From: Candidatus Latescibacterota bacterium | GTDB lineage: Bacteria; Latescibacterota; UBA2968; SICM01 | DNA: 64,000 nucleotides | NCBI GenBank assembly: GCA_965217865.1 | Contig: CBDCJO010000002.1 | Span: 864,001-928,000 of the forward strand | Direction of reading: 5' to 3' | Shown here: positions 30,259 to 38,724 of the stretch, in pieces | Position numbering within the stretch: the first letter of the stretch is position 1 | Layout: the number at the start of each line of letters is the position of its first letter | Program-made: the position numbers and the translations under genes | The notes under the pieces: model-generated | The model's database searches: none | What the model saw: the letters and a program-made list of their open reading frames with translations, nothing else | What the model was told of the DNA's origin: nothing

Positions 30259-30951
30259 CAGAGTTTTAAGGAACCATTGCCTCGGCCTCTCTGTAACCCC
30301 TTGTGACATAAAGCACTTGACAACTTAGAAAATTATCCGACATTTAGATGGTTCCGCTCTCCTTGATAATCCGACGCGAGTCTCCTACCCTTATTCGGAT
30401 AGAAACTTTCAATAAAAAAGAATCGATCCTGAATACCCTTCCTTCTCCTTCCATGAACTCGCGGGTAGAGTGTCCGGACAGGTGTTGAACGCCTGATTTA
30501 AGCAACTTTTTCCCCCACGAAAGGAGTTAATCGCCAGGACCTTGTGAAACTTTGTCTGGCTGATTCGAGTTGCCCAGACCGTGGGGGATCCGGGCACCAC
30601 GGAAGCGACCTTGGTCTTATGGATGTTAATGGGTCAAACATACTGTCCATATCTCTATAACACAACATGTTATGAAATTAGACCCCGAAGCCCAGATTCT
30701 ATTCTTACCGCGGCATCCTCCTTTTGGAAACACGAATGAATCAGTGCACGATTTTTGCTAAATTTCAATGTCGAGAGCCTACAGTTTTAGCCGATATATA
30801 GGGATAAGAGCCAAAGCCTAAGGCATCTTCCGACCAGCCGACCCTTTCTCTTCTCCCACCCCCTGGCATTTCAATTCAGATACCCATCCCTGTTCAATGG
30901 ATTCCAATAATTTGTCAACTTAATAAATAACTAACAGTTGGGCGAATATTC

Positions 30952-30998
30952 GATTGAGCTTCAAACCGATTGACGGTTTGCTCAATCTCTGTAATAAT
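30952..30998 (+). promoter_or_regulatory. Putative sigma70 promoter embedded in a bulged inverted repeat
   Basis: TTGACG (30970) with TAATAAT 16-17 bp downstream; GATTGAG-CTT-CAAACCG-ATTGA-CGGTTTG-CTCAATC. Confidence 0.5.
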
Positions 30999-31044
30999 TT
31001 AAAAAATTTTGCCGAACGGTTCAACCTTTCCCTGGATTTGAATC

Positions 31045-32424
31045 ATGGCTAGGCCTACGGCTTCCATCATCATCAGGACCCGGAATGAAGAACGCTGGAT
31101 CACCCCTTGTCTTCGGGCTGTCTTCGAGCAGTCATTCTCGGACTTCGAGGTGATTCTGGTCGATAACTACAGCACGGATTCAACGGTGCGCAAGGCCGAG
31201 CAGTTTGGGGTTAGAACGATTCCGGTAGATGAATACCGACCCGGCAAAGCACTTAATGCTGGGATACACGCCGCAGGTGGACAATATCTGGTCTTCCTCT
31301 CGGCCCATTGCATTCCGACGGGTTCGGATTGGCTTTGCCGAATGATCGGTGGCTTTGAGGACGATCGAATCGTAGGGGTTTATGGCAGGCAGCAGCCTAT
31401 GATTTTCAGTTCGCCCGAGGATAAACGGGATCTGTTGATCACCTTTGGCCTGGATCGCCGCATCCAGGAACGAGACCCCTTCTTTCATAATGCCAATAGC
31501 GCCATCCGTCGGGACATCTGGGAGACCTGTCCTTTTGACGAGACGGCATCAAATATTGAAGATAGGATGTGGGCGGAGGAAGTCCTGGCGCGGGGTTTCC
31601 GTATTCTATATGAGCCAGAGGCGTCCGTTTACCACCATCACGGTATTCACCAGAGAGGCGATCAGGAGCGGGCTCGGACAACGGTCCAGGTCTTGGAACG
31701 CCTTCACGGGAAGAATGCTTCATATCGAGCAGGGTTTCTGGAGCTTGAGAAACTACAGATCATTGCGATTGTGCCAATCCGTGGACAGGGTCTTTTGGAA
31801 AACGGGAGTCCTGTACTGAGGCACACCCTTGATGCAGCTTCCTCTTCCCGATATATCAGAGATACGTTTGTACTTACCGATGATGAACGCACTGCCAATT
31901 ATGCCGAATCACACGGAGCGACCATTCCATTCCTACGAGATTCGAAATACTCAAAAGACGACGTATACCTGAACTCGGTATACGCTTACGGCATCCGGCG
32001 AATGGAGGATCATGGAATTTTCGTCGATCTTGTGGTGGCACTCGAGCCCACTTATCCGTTTCGCCCTCCCGGCCTGATCGATGAACTGATTACTCAATTA
32101 CAGATGGGGGGATATGATTCTGTATTGCCTACCCGGGCGGAGTATAACTCTTGCTGGATCGAGGAGGAAGAGAACCGAAGAAGGGTCGACACCGGAGATA
32201 TTCCCCGGCACATGAAGACTCCCATGTTAATCGGTCTCAAGGGTCTCGGTTGTGTGACTCATCCTGAATTCCTGAGAGAGGGGCGACTCTTGGGCGATAC
32301 GGTCGGACTCATAAAAATTGACGATCCGTACGCGACGATTGAAGTGCGTTCACAGCGAGATATTGAGATGATGGCCCTTGTCCGCCGTGATACTTACCTG
32401 GAACAGGTGAGGAAATCGATTTGA
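31045..32424 (+). CDS. GT2 (rhamnosyltransferase-like) glycosyltransferase fused to a NeuA-like domain
   Basis: SIIIRTRNEE, VDNYSTD, LSAHCIP, FHNANSAIR and IED motifs; C-terminal IAIVPIRG..PFLR..LEPTYPFR. Confidence 0.8.
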   Translation: MARPTASIIIRTRNEERWITPCLRAVFEQSFSDFEVILVDNYSTDSTVRKAEQFGVRTIPVDEYRPGKALNAGIHAAGGQYLVFLSAHCIPTGSDWLCRMIGGFEDDRIVGVYGRQQPMIFSSPEDKRDLLITFGLDRRIQERDPFFHNANSAIRRDIWETCPFDETASNIEDRMWAEEVLARGFRILYEPEASVYHHHGIHQRGDQERARTTVQVLERLHGKNASYRAGFLELEKLQIIAIVPIRGQGLLENGSPVLRHTLDAASSSRYIRDTFVLTDDERTANYAESHGATIPFLRDSKYSKDDVYLNSVYAYGIRRMEDHGIFVDLVVALEPTYPFRPPGLIDELITQLQMGGYDSVLPTRAEYNSCWIEEEENRRRVDTGDIPRHMKTPMLIGLKGLGCVTHPEFLREGRLLGDTVGLIKIDDPYATIEVRSQRDIEMMALVRRDTYLEQVRKSI

Positions 32425-32457
32425 TTTCGATCGTGACCTCATGCAGGAGTATGAAGC

Positions 32458-34263
32458 ATGGATAAAGAACGACACGTCAAGATTCTCGACTGTACGATTC
32501 GGGATGGGGGATATCTCAACGACTGGAAATTTGACCCGAAGATGGTTCGAGAGGTGTATCGTGCGGCTTCAAAGGGGGGTGTTGATATTGTTGAGATTGG
32601 CTTCCGGGGCACGGAAAAATATTTCGATCCAGCGAAGTTCGGCCCCTGGCGGTTCTCGGATGAATCCGACGTACAGGAGGCTACGGCCAACATTTCCGGC
32701 GCTAAGATCGCTTTGATGGGAGACTATGGAAAGATCGATGTCGATGATTTCCCCGATGCGAGCGAATCGGTCGTGAGCATCGTTCGGGTCGCATCCCACA
32801 AGAACACAATCGAGGATTCGGTCCGACTCCTGCAGGCCATCAAGGCAAAGGGATATGAAGTTTCGTTGAACGCGATGGGGATAGCGACATATTCGGATCA
32901 AGAGCTTACCACATTGGTCAGACTTTTACACGAATCGAATCTGGATTACATCTATCTCGCGGACAGCTACGGATCGTTGTTCCCGGATCGAATCCAGGGA
33001 CTGGTTGCACCGCTTCTGGAAATCCCGAACATCCAGGTCGGGTTTCATCCGCACAACAATCTTCAGATGGCTTTCGCCAACACGCTGGAAGCGATCCGAT
33101 GCGGTGTCCATATCGTCGATAGCACTATGTTCGGTATGGGAAGGGGGGCGGGAAATCTTCCCACAGAGATTCTGCTCAGCTACCTTGAACGATTTCGACC
33201 TGAAAAGTACAACCCGATACCCGTTCTGAATTGTATCGATCTATACTTTGTCGGGTATGAACGGGACCACCCTTGGGGTTACCAGCTTCCCTACATGGTG
33301 TCGGGGATACTCGGATGCCATCCGAATTACGCCCACAATATGATCGAACGCCGGCGCTACACCATGGAGGAGATCTGGACGGTGCTCGAAGTGGTCAGGA
33401 AGCGGGGCGAGGTGGGATTCAAGCCCGAACTTGTTGAGGAGATCGTCGAGAGGGGCTTCGTGGGTATTGAGGACGAGGAACCGACCGTTAGCCCAAAGGC
33501 GAAAACACCTTCCCTCTGGACAAAGAAGCATGCGGTGCCATACAAGGACCGACATCAAGGTCGTAATTTTCTTGTTCTCGCGAATGGTCCGACGCTGCGC
33601 GAATTCAAGGGAAAGATCCAGACTTTGATCGATGAGATGGACCCAGTGGTACTCGGCGCAAACTATCTTGGAGGTCTGTTCACACCCGACTACCACGCCT
33701 TCACGAGCGTGAAACGGTTTATGAAATATGTATCTGCGACTTCGCCTTCTTCCCAGCTCCTCGTGGGAGAGAATATCGAACCCACAATCATTCAGGAATA
33801 TACGAAACGGTCCTATGGAACACTTTATTTTCACGATGTCTTAAATACGGAGTTCGATATTGACGTCAACGGGATTATTCAGTGTAATTGCCGCACGGTG
33901 TCGGTCTTGCTTCTGGGTTTGGCCATTGTGATGGGCGCAAAGAGAGTCTTCGGGGTTGGTTTCGATGGTTATGTCCAGGCTGATCCTGAGGGCCGATTAT
34001 TTTTCTATGAAGAGGAAGACGAGCTTCAGGAGAAAGATCTTATAATCAGCACACACAAGTGGTGCGAGAGGCACATCTCAGGGATCGATGCCTACATGAA
34101 GAATCAAGGGGGGGATGGTGTCCACATCCTGACGCCAACCGGTTATAAGGCGTTTTACAAGGGGATCGAAAACTACCTTGGAGCCGAGACGAGTGGCCTT
34201 TATTCCGGCACGGGGGAGGTCGCGACGGGTCAAACAGAAGAATCTGGTGTCTCTCGCGGGTAA
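32458..34263 (+). CDS. HMGL-like (DRE-TIM) pyruvate aldolase fused to a C-terminal DUF115/Maf-like domain
   Basis: LDCTIRDGGY, LADSYGS, GFHPHNN and GMGRGAGNLPTE motifs; C-terminal LANGPTL..GAKRVFGVGFDG. Confidence 0.8.
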   Translation: MDKERHVKILDCTIRDGGYLNDWKFDPKMVREVYRAASKGGVDIVEIGFRGTEKYFDPAKFGPWRFSDESDVQEATANISGAKIALMGDYGKIDVDDFPDASESVVSIVRVASHKNTIEDSVRLLQAIKAKGYEVSLNAMGIATYSDQELTTLVRLLHESNLDYIYLADSYGSLFPDRIQGLVAPLLEIPNIQVGFHPHNNLQMAFANTLEAIRCGVHIVDSTMFGMGRGAGNLPTEILLSYLERFRPEKYNPIPVLNCIDLYFVGYERDHPWGYQLPYMVSGILGCHPNYAHNMIERRRYTMEEIWTVLEVVRKRGEVGFKPELVEEIVERGFVGIEDEEPTVSPKAKTPSLWTKKHAVPYKDRHQGRNFLVLANGPTLREFKGKIQTLIDEMDPVVLGANYLGGLFTPDYHAFTSVKRFMKYVSATSPSSQLLVGENIEPTIIQEYTKRSYGTLYFHDVLNTEFDIDVNGIIQCNCRTVSVLLLGLAIVMGAKRVFGVGFDGYVQADPEGRLFFYEEEDELQEKDLIISTHKWCERHISGIDAYMKNQGGDGVHILTPTGYKAFYKGIENYLGAETSGLYSGTGEVATGQTEESGVSRG

Positions 34264-34876
34264 ACCCCTGCTTGCATATACGGTTGAAGCGGCCAAACAT
34301 TGCAATATTTTTGACCAGATCTATGTGAGCTCCGAAGATCCAGAGGTCCTTTCGGTAGCTGAGGCTTATGGAGCCACATCGGACTCCAGGCCACGCCATC
34401 TCTCTAAAGATGAGGTGAAGATCATCGAGGTCATCCAGGAGTTTCTGAAACGTCGCGAAATCTCTCCCGATGTCCACGTTGGTGTTCTCCTGGCTACCTG
34501 TCCCCTTAGACTTCCCGAAGACATTCGGAAGGCCTACTCTCTTTTTGTCGATGCCGATGGTTCGGCCCCCGTCGCGAGTGTATCCCCGTTTGAGCGGCCG
34601 GTTCAAGTCGCACAAGCCATAAACCAGAGAGATCGCTTGCAGCCAATTTTTCCAGATGAGTACCTGAGGACCACCCGCAGTCAGGACCACCAGACGGCTT
34701 ATTGGTACAACGGCGCCATCGTTTTCAATATCGCCAAGAGGCTGGCGACCCAGCGGACGCTCATCGGAGAAGAACCCATCCCCTACGTGATGCCGTTTGA
34801 ACGATCGATCGATATCGATCATCAATTTCAGTTAAGGATGGTCGAGTCCATTTTAAAAGGGGGATTACATATTTAA
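34178..34876 (+). CDS. NeuA-family cytidylyltransferase; last codons replaced by the IS1595 end (native end KDMSN*)
   Basis: FIPARGRSRRVKQKNL, NGAI and SIDID motifs. Confidence 0.85.
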   Translation: MEPRRVAFIPARGRSRRVKQKNLVSLAGKPLLAYTVEAAKHCNIFDQIYVSSEDPEVLSVAEAYGATSDSRPRHLSKDEVKIIEVIQEFLKRREISPDVHVGVLLATCPLRLPEDIRKAYSLFVDADGSAPVASVSPFERPVQVAQAINQRDRLQPIFPDEYLRTTRSQDHQTAYWYNGAIVFNIAKRLATQRTLIGEEPIPYVMPFERSIDIDHQFQLRMVESILKGGLHI

Positions 34877-34877
34877 C

Positions 34878-34906
34878 TTGACAAAAGTCGAGAAATCATT
34901 TAGGAT
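34878..34906 (+). promoter_or_regulatory. Inward-facing promoter from the left TIR, antisense to the cargo genes
   Basis: TTGACA-17 bp-TAGGAT. Confidence 0.55.
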
Positions 34907-35048
34907 TGTTTCGTTGAGTGCCTTTCTGCTGCTCTTTCTGATGGTCTGCTGAATGTTTCTCTTGTCTGTCCACTTGGCCCGACGGCCGTCGGCGTAAGGC
35001 TCGGGCTAGCGCTTCGGGTGTCGCGCCTTTAAACTCGTAACGTGGCAT
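34896..35048 (-). CDS. Small 50-aa hypothetical protein (absent from the ORF track)
   Basis: MPRYEFKGATPEALARALRRRPSGQVDRQEKHSADHQKEQQKGTQRNNPK*; GAGGAGG RBS 5 nt before ATG. Confidence 0.6.
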   Translation of the reverse strand: MPRYEFKGATPEALARALRRRPSGQVDRQEKHSADHQKEQQKGTQRNNPK

Positions 35049-35155
35049 ACACGCCTCCTCAAACATACAAGGGGGGGCGCCAGTTTCACGCCCCGTTGAG
35101 TAACCTGCAACTCCTTTACGGTGCCTGCAATCGCGTGAAAGTAGTTAGGGGGATT

Positions 35156-35533
35156 TTAAGGCCTCTTGGGAAAAAGATAATTTGCGACGATGACGAACAA
35201 CCCCAGAACCGAAATTGTGGTTGAGCCGATTAGAGTAGTGAGCACAGTGACGGAGAGTTTGAATGAGATGGGACTTAATCCGTGCAGAAGCATGATTAAG
35301 CCAACAACAATGAGCCAACCGACAATGAGCCAATATAAGCGGTTTGCGTACGTTTTACGTTGATCGCGGTCCTGAGTGAGATCGTTGATTTCGGCTTCAA
35401 GTCGTTGGTTATAAAGTCGAAGCCGTTGGTTATCAAGTTCTTTTTTCTCGTCATCGAACAGACTGACGTCTTGCTGATCAGGTTCTGGAAGCTTATCAGT
35501 CCGGACGGTGCGAAGGTCTTTAAGTTCCGGCAT
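35156..35533 (-). CDS. Coiled-coil + 2-TM membrane protein, candidate PanT-type toxin
   Basis: Overlaps the stop of the Panacea gene; charged helix followed by two hydrophobic helices, ending YLFPKRP. Confidence 0.6.
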   Translation of the reverse strand: MPELKDLRTVRTDKLPEPDQQDVSLFDDEKKELDNQRLRLYNQRLEAEINDLTQDRDQRKTYANRLYWLIVGWLIVVGLIMLLHGLSPISFKLSVTVLTTLIGSTTISVLGLFVIVANYLFPKRP

Positions 35534-36029
35534 TTGCCGAGATCTTCTGTGCAAAGTGTTTCTTGATGATGTTATTCGGAATCACCAAGTTATAGCCATA
35601 GGGATTCTTTTTCCTTATTGTATCCCAAGGCCCCCCAGGTTCGTGTGTGAGTTGCGATAGCGACAGCCCAGGCATGTGACCATAGACCTCCCACGCTCGT
35701 TCGATGAGTTCCATCGCGAAAGTATCCTCGGGAGGGACGCGCGGCGTGTTCCACTGTAACCTTCTGTGCTCACCGACATCCATAGTTTCTAAGGGCCCCA
35801 TGATGGGCCTACTCCCCCAGACTTTCACTACTTGGTAAAGATCTGGAAAAACCGGTCCCCATCTCCAAGCCTGTGCGTTCTCGGCGCTCAAGGCCCCCTT
35901 ATCGAATCCGAGGTGCCACCCGTGACTGAAGTACACCAGTTTCTGGATTTTCATCGCGTCTACCGTTTCGCCTGAAGACTTAGCGATATCCAGGAAACTA
36001 TTAGCGACTGCTTCGGCCAAGTACGGCAT
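35520..36029 (-). CDS. Panacea-domain (DUF4065/SocA/GepA) antitoxin
   Basis: VANSFL, MKIQKLVYFSHGWHL, AWRWGPVFPDLY and LSQLTHEPGGPW motifs. Confidence 0.88.
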   Translation of the reverse strand: MPYLAEAVANSFLDIAKSSGETVDAMKIQKLVYFSHGWHLGFDKGALSAENAQAWRWGPVFPDLYQVVKVWGSRPIMGPLETMDVGEHRRLQWNTPRVPPEDTFAMELIERAWEVYGHMPGLSLSQLTHEPGGPWDTIRKKNPYGYNLVIPNNIIKKHFAQKISANAGT

Positions 36030-36044
36030 GATCTTCTCTCCCTT

Positions 36045-36989
36045 CTAACTTTGAATCAGTTCCTTATACATCAACCGTTTTCCGATCATCCCCGCAACAA
36101 CGGATTGCATCTGCTTCACGGTATCCACGTCCCGAATACTGCAACGTCCAGCGAATTCATTGACGTAACGCTGCAGATGCTTGAGGCTCATTTTGTGATA
36201 GGTGCCATAATAGCCACGCTTCAGCAATGCCCAAAAGCTTTCCATACCGTTCGTGTGAGCCTTTTTTCTTACAAACTCGCCAACGCTGTGCTTCACGGAT
36301 TTGTGATCAAAGCCGTACATGTTCTGATAGGCCGTTGCATCATCCGTATAGACCGTTGCGCCATCCTTCACATTGTTGTGGACAAAACCCTGAAGGGTCG
36401 CGCCGTCCGTGTGTTCAACTACTTGAGTTCTTACTTTTCGCGTCTTACGATCCTTCGCACCCGCCACGGCAACCTTGCCTACTGTGCCTCGCCCCGCGTG
36501 CAACTTCTTATTTGCATGCTTGTTCTTTTCCCTGCCACCGATATAGGTCTCATCAACCTCAACGGGACCCTCGAACTTTACCGCCATATCCGTCCCCCAT
36601 GTTTCACGTAGGCGGTGGAGCATGAACCATGCGGTCTTTTGCGTCACCTTCAAATCCCGATGGAGCTTCATACTGGAAACACCTTTGAGATGTGTGACAC
36701 AGATGTAAATCGCAAAGACCCACTTGCGAAGTGGCAGGCGAGATTTCTCTATGACAGTGCCAGTCTTGACGCTGAAGTAAGACCGGCAATCCGTGCACCA
36801 GTAAGGCATGGGCTTGGTATTGGGTACCTCGCGCGTCTTGACGCTTCCACAATGACCACAGCAACGATCCCCATTCCAGAGCTGCTTTTCAAACCAAATC
36901 ACCGCGGCCGCTTCATCTGGAAACATGTCGGCCAATTCGAGAATCGAAATTCCCTTGCGGTGAGACTTTCCAGGCGCTTTCTGTGACAT
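36045..36989 (-). CDS. IS1595-family transposase
   Basis: Zn ribbon CGHC..CTDC; VEVDETYIGG, VYTDD, HTNGMESFW and YVNEF motifs. Confidence 0.93.
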   Translation of the reverse strand: MSQKAPGKSHRKGISILELADMFPDEAAAVIWFEKQLWNGDRCCGHCGSVKTREVPNTKPMPYWCTDCRSYFSVKTGTVIEKSRLPLRKWVFAIYICVTHLKGVSSMKLHRDLKVTQKTAWFMLHRLRETWGTDMAVKFEGPVEVDETYIGGREKNKHANKKLHAGRGTVGKVAVAGAKDRKTRKVRTQVVEHTDGATLQGFVHNNVKDGATVYTDDATAYQNMYGFDHKSVKHSVGEFVRKKAHTNGMESFWALLKRGYYGTYHKMSLKHLQRYVNEFAGRCSIRDVDTVKQMQSVVAGMIGKRLMYKELIQS

Positions 36990-37038
36990 GGCAATTGTCC
37001 TTTTTGTTGTTTACTCTCTGTTCTAACAAACAATTTTA

Positions 37039-37067
37039 AATATAAACAATTGCCTTGCGTTTGTCAA
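37039..37067 (-). promoter_or_regulatory. Transposase/cargo promoter from the right TIR
   Basis: TTGACA-17 bp-TATATT on the minus strand. Confidence 0.6.
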
Positions 37068-37135
37068 GTTAAATATGTAATTCCCTTTAAAAGACATGTC
37101 CAATTGATGCGGGAATATCACACGGAGACTGCGTT

Positions 37136-38038
37136 ATGAGACAGTTTCAAGGTATTCTTACCCCTCTGATTACTTCATTCGATGAGGACGGTAAAATATA
37201 TGAAAAAGGGATCCGGAACCTTATCGAGTTTCTGGGCGAAGGGGGGATTAACGGTGTCTTTGCAGTCGGATCCTACGGCCAGTTTCCGATGATGACGGTT
37301 GAAGAGCGCATGCAGGTAGCGGAGGTCATCGTGGGGGAGGCGAAGGCGAGAGAGATGAAGGTGATCGTTCAGGTCGGGGCTCCGGGTCAGAGGGAGGCGA
37401 TCACTCTTGCCAAGCACGCCGCGTCAATCGGTGCAGATGCCGTTGCGTGTGTGATTCCGTTCTATTACTCCGGGGTCGGATACAGCGAGGACATCCTTCT
37501 CGGACATTATGAGATGCTGGTAAAGTCGGTCGATGTACCGGTCCATTTTTACAACAACCCGAAAACGACGGGTTACGCGCTTACCCCCCAGATGCTGGCG
37601 TCCCTGATCGATGTGGGTGTCCGCGGCATCAAGGACAGCGGTGCGAACCTGGTTCTTTTCGGAGAGATGATGAACGTGGTCAACAGGAAGTGCCCTGAGT
37701 TCGACCTTATGCCCGGCTCCGCCGCAGTGCTGTTGGCCGGGTTGGTGCTCGGCGCCGAGGCCTGCGTTGCGGGAACCTCTGCGGCTTTTCCGGAACTTGC
37801 CGTTGCATGCTATCGTGCTATCAAGGAGGGAGATTTTTCAAAGGCAGGAGCGCTGCAGCTGAAGATTCTTGAGGCACGATCGATCCAGGGTTCGAACGGG
37901 CTTCGCGCCGCGGCCTGTTACGATCTGCTCAAGATGCGGGGGATCGACGTCGGAACATCCCGAAAACCGTGGAGACGATGGACTCCCGACGAGATCGCGA
38001 AAATTCGGAAACGACTCGAAGAAACCGGCCTTCCATGA
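37136..38038 (+). CDS. DapA/NanA-family class I aldolase (lyase)
   Basis: GSYGQF, PFYY, YNNP and Schiff-base lysine GIKDS. Confidence 0.88.
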   Translation: MRQFQGILTPLITSFDEDGKIYEKGIRNLIEFLGEGGINGVFAVGSYGQFPMMTVEERMQVAEVIVGEAKAREMKVIVQVGAPGQREAITLAKHAASIGADAVACVIPFYYSGVGYSEDILLGHYEMLVKSVDVPVHFYNNPKTTGYALTPQMLASLIDVGVRGIKDSGANLVLFGEMMNVVNRKCPEFDLMPGSAAVLLAGLVLGAEACVAGTSAAFPELAVACYRAIKEGDFSKAGALQLKILEARSIQGSNGLRAAACYDLLKMRGIDVGTSRKPWRRWTPDEIAKIRKRLEETGLP

Positions 38039-38724
38039 AATGCGCAACAGTGGGTCGCAGTATTGTCGGGTGCGTCATTCTGGACTTCGACGGTATTATT
38101 CTGCAATCGACGAACATCAAAACTGATGTATTCAGAGAAATATTCTCGCGCTACCCCGATGTAGAAAAAGAAGCCCTGGAATTCCATCTGTCCCACAAGG
38201 GGATGTCCCGGTACGAAAAGTTCGGACACTTCGTCAATAATCTTCTTGGTCTTCGAGATTCGAAGATGGTTGACTCCCTGGCTGAAGAATTCGGCGATCT
38301 GGTTGAAGAAAGGCTCCTTTCCTGTCCGTTTGTACCCGGTTCGCAGGAATTCCTTGTCCGCTGGCACGGGAAGCTGCCTCTGTTTGTCGCCTCCACATCG
38401 CCTCCCGCGGAACTGAACCGAATTGTCAAAAACAGAAATCTTGACATGTACTTTCATCAGGTCCTTGCCGATCCGGGTCCGAAGGCCCCTCTTTTGAAGG
38501 AGATCCTCCGTCAAACGGGTATCGAATCGGCCAGGGCCGTTTTTATTGGGGATTCTCCCACAGACTTTCAAGCCGCCATGGAGGTTGGTGTATCTTTTAT
38601 CGGAGTGGGGGACTGTCCGGAATTCCGCGAGAACAGCGCCCCGAGTTTTTGTAATCTTTTCGAAGTGGACGAATATTTAGTCAGCAATTATGGTATTGCT
38701 CAATCGGCGGAGGGTGCAAGGTGA
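38035..38724 (+). CDS. HAD-family phosphatase
   Basis: LDFDGII and FIGDSPTD motifs; ATGA overlap with the upstream gene. Confidence 0.85.
   Translation: MKCATVGRSIVGCVILDFDGIILQSTNIKTDVFREIFSRYPDVEKEALEFHLSHKGMSRYEKFGHFVNNLLGLRDSKMVDSLAEEFGDLVEERLLSCPFVPGSQEFLVRWHGKLPLFVASTSPPAELNRIVKNRNLDMYFHQVLADPGPKAPLLKEILRQTGIESARAVFIGDSPTDFQAAMEVGVSFIGVGDCPEFRENSAPSFCNLFEVDEYLVSNYGIAQSAEGAR

Larger units (their letters stand above)
34860..37085 (-). mobile_element. IS1595-family transposon with passenger genes (2226 bp)
   Basis: 26-bp TIRs GGGGATTACATATTTAACTTGACAAA / GGGAATTACATATTTAACTTGACAAA; 8-bp duplication TTTAAAAG at 34852-34859 and 37086-37093. Confidence 0.93.

Noticed and set aside
37136-38038. 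Housekeeping dapA (lysine biosynthesis)
   Set aside because: Has GSYGQ instead of GTTGE and sits in a sugar-pathway context; left as a family-level call
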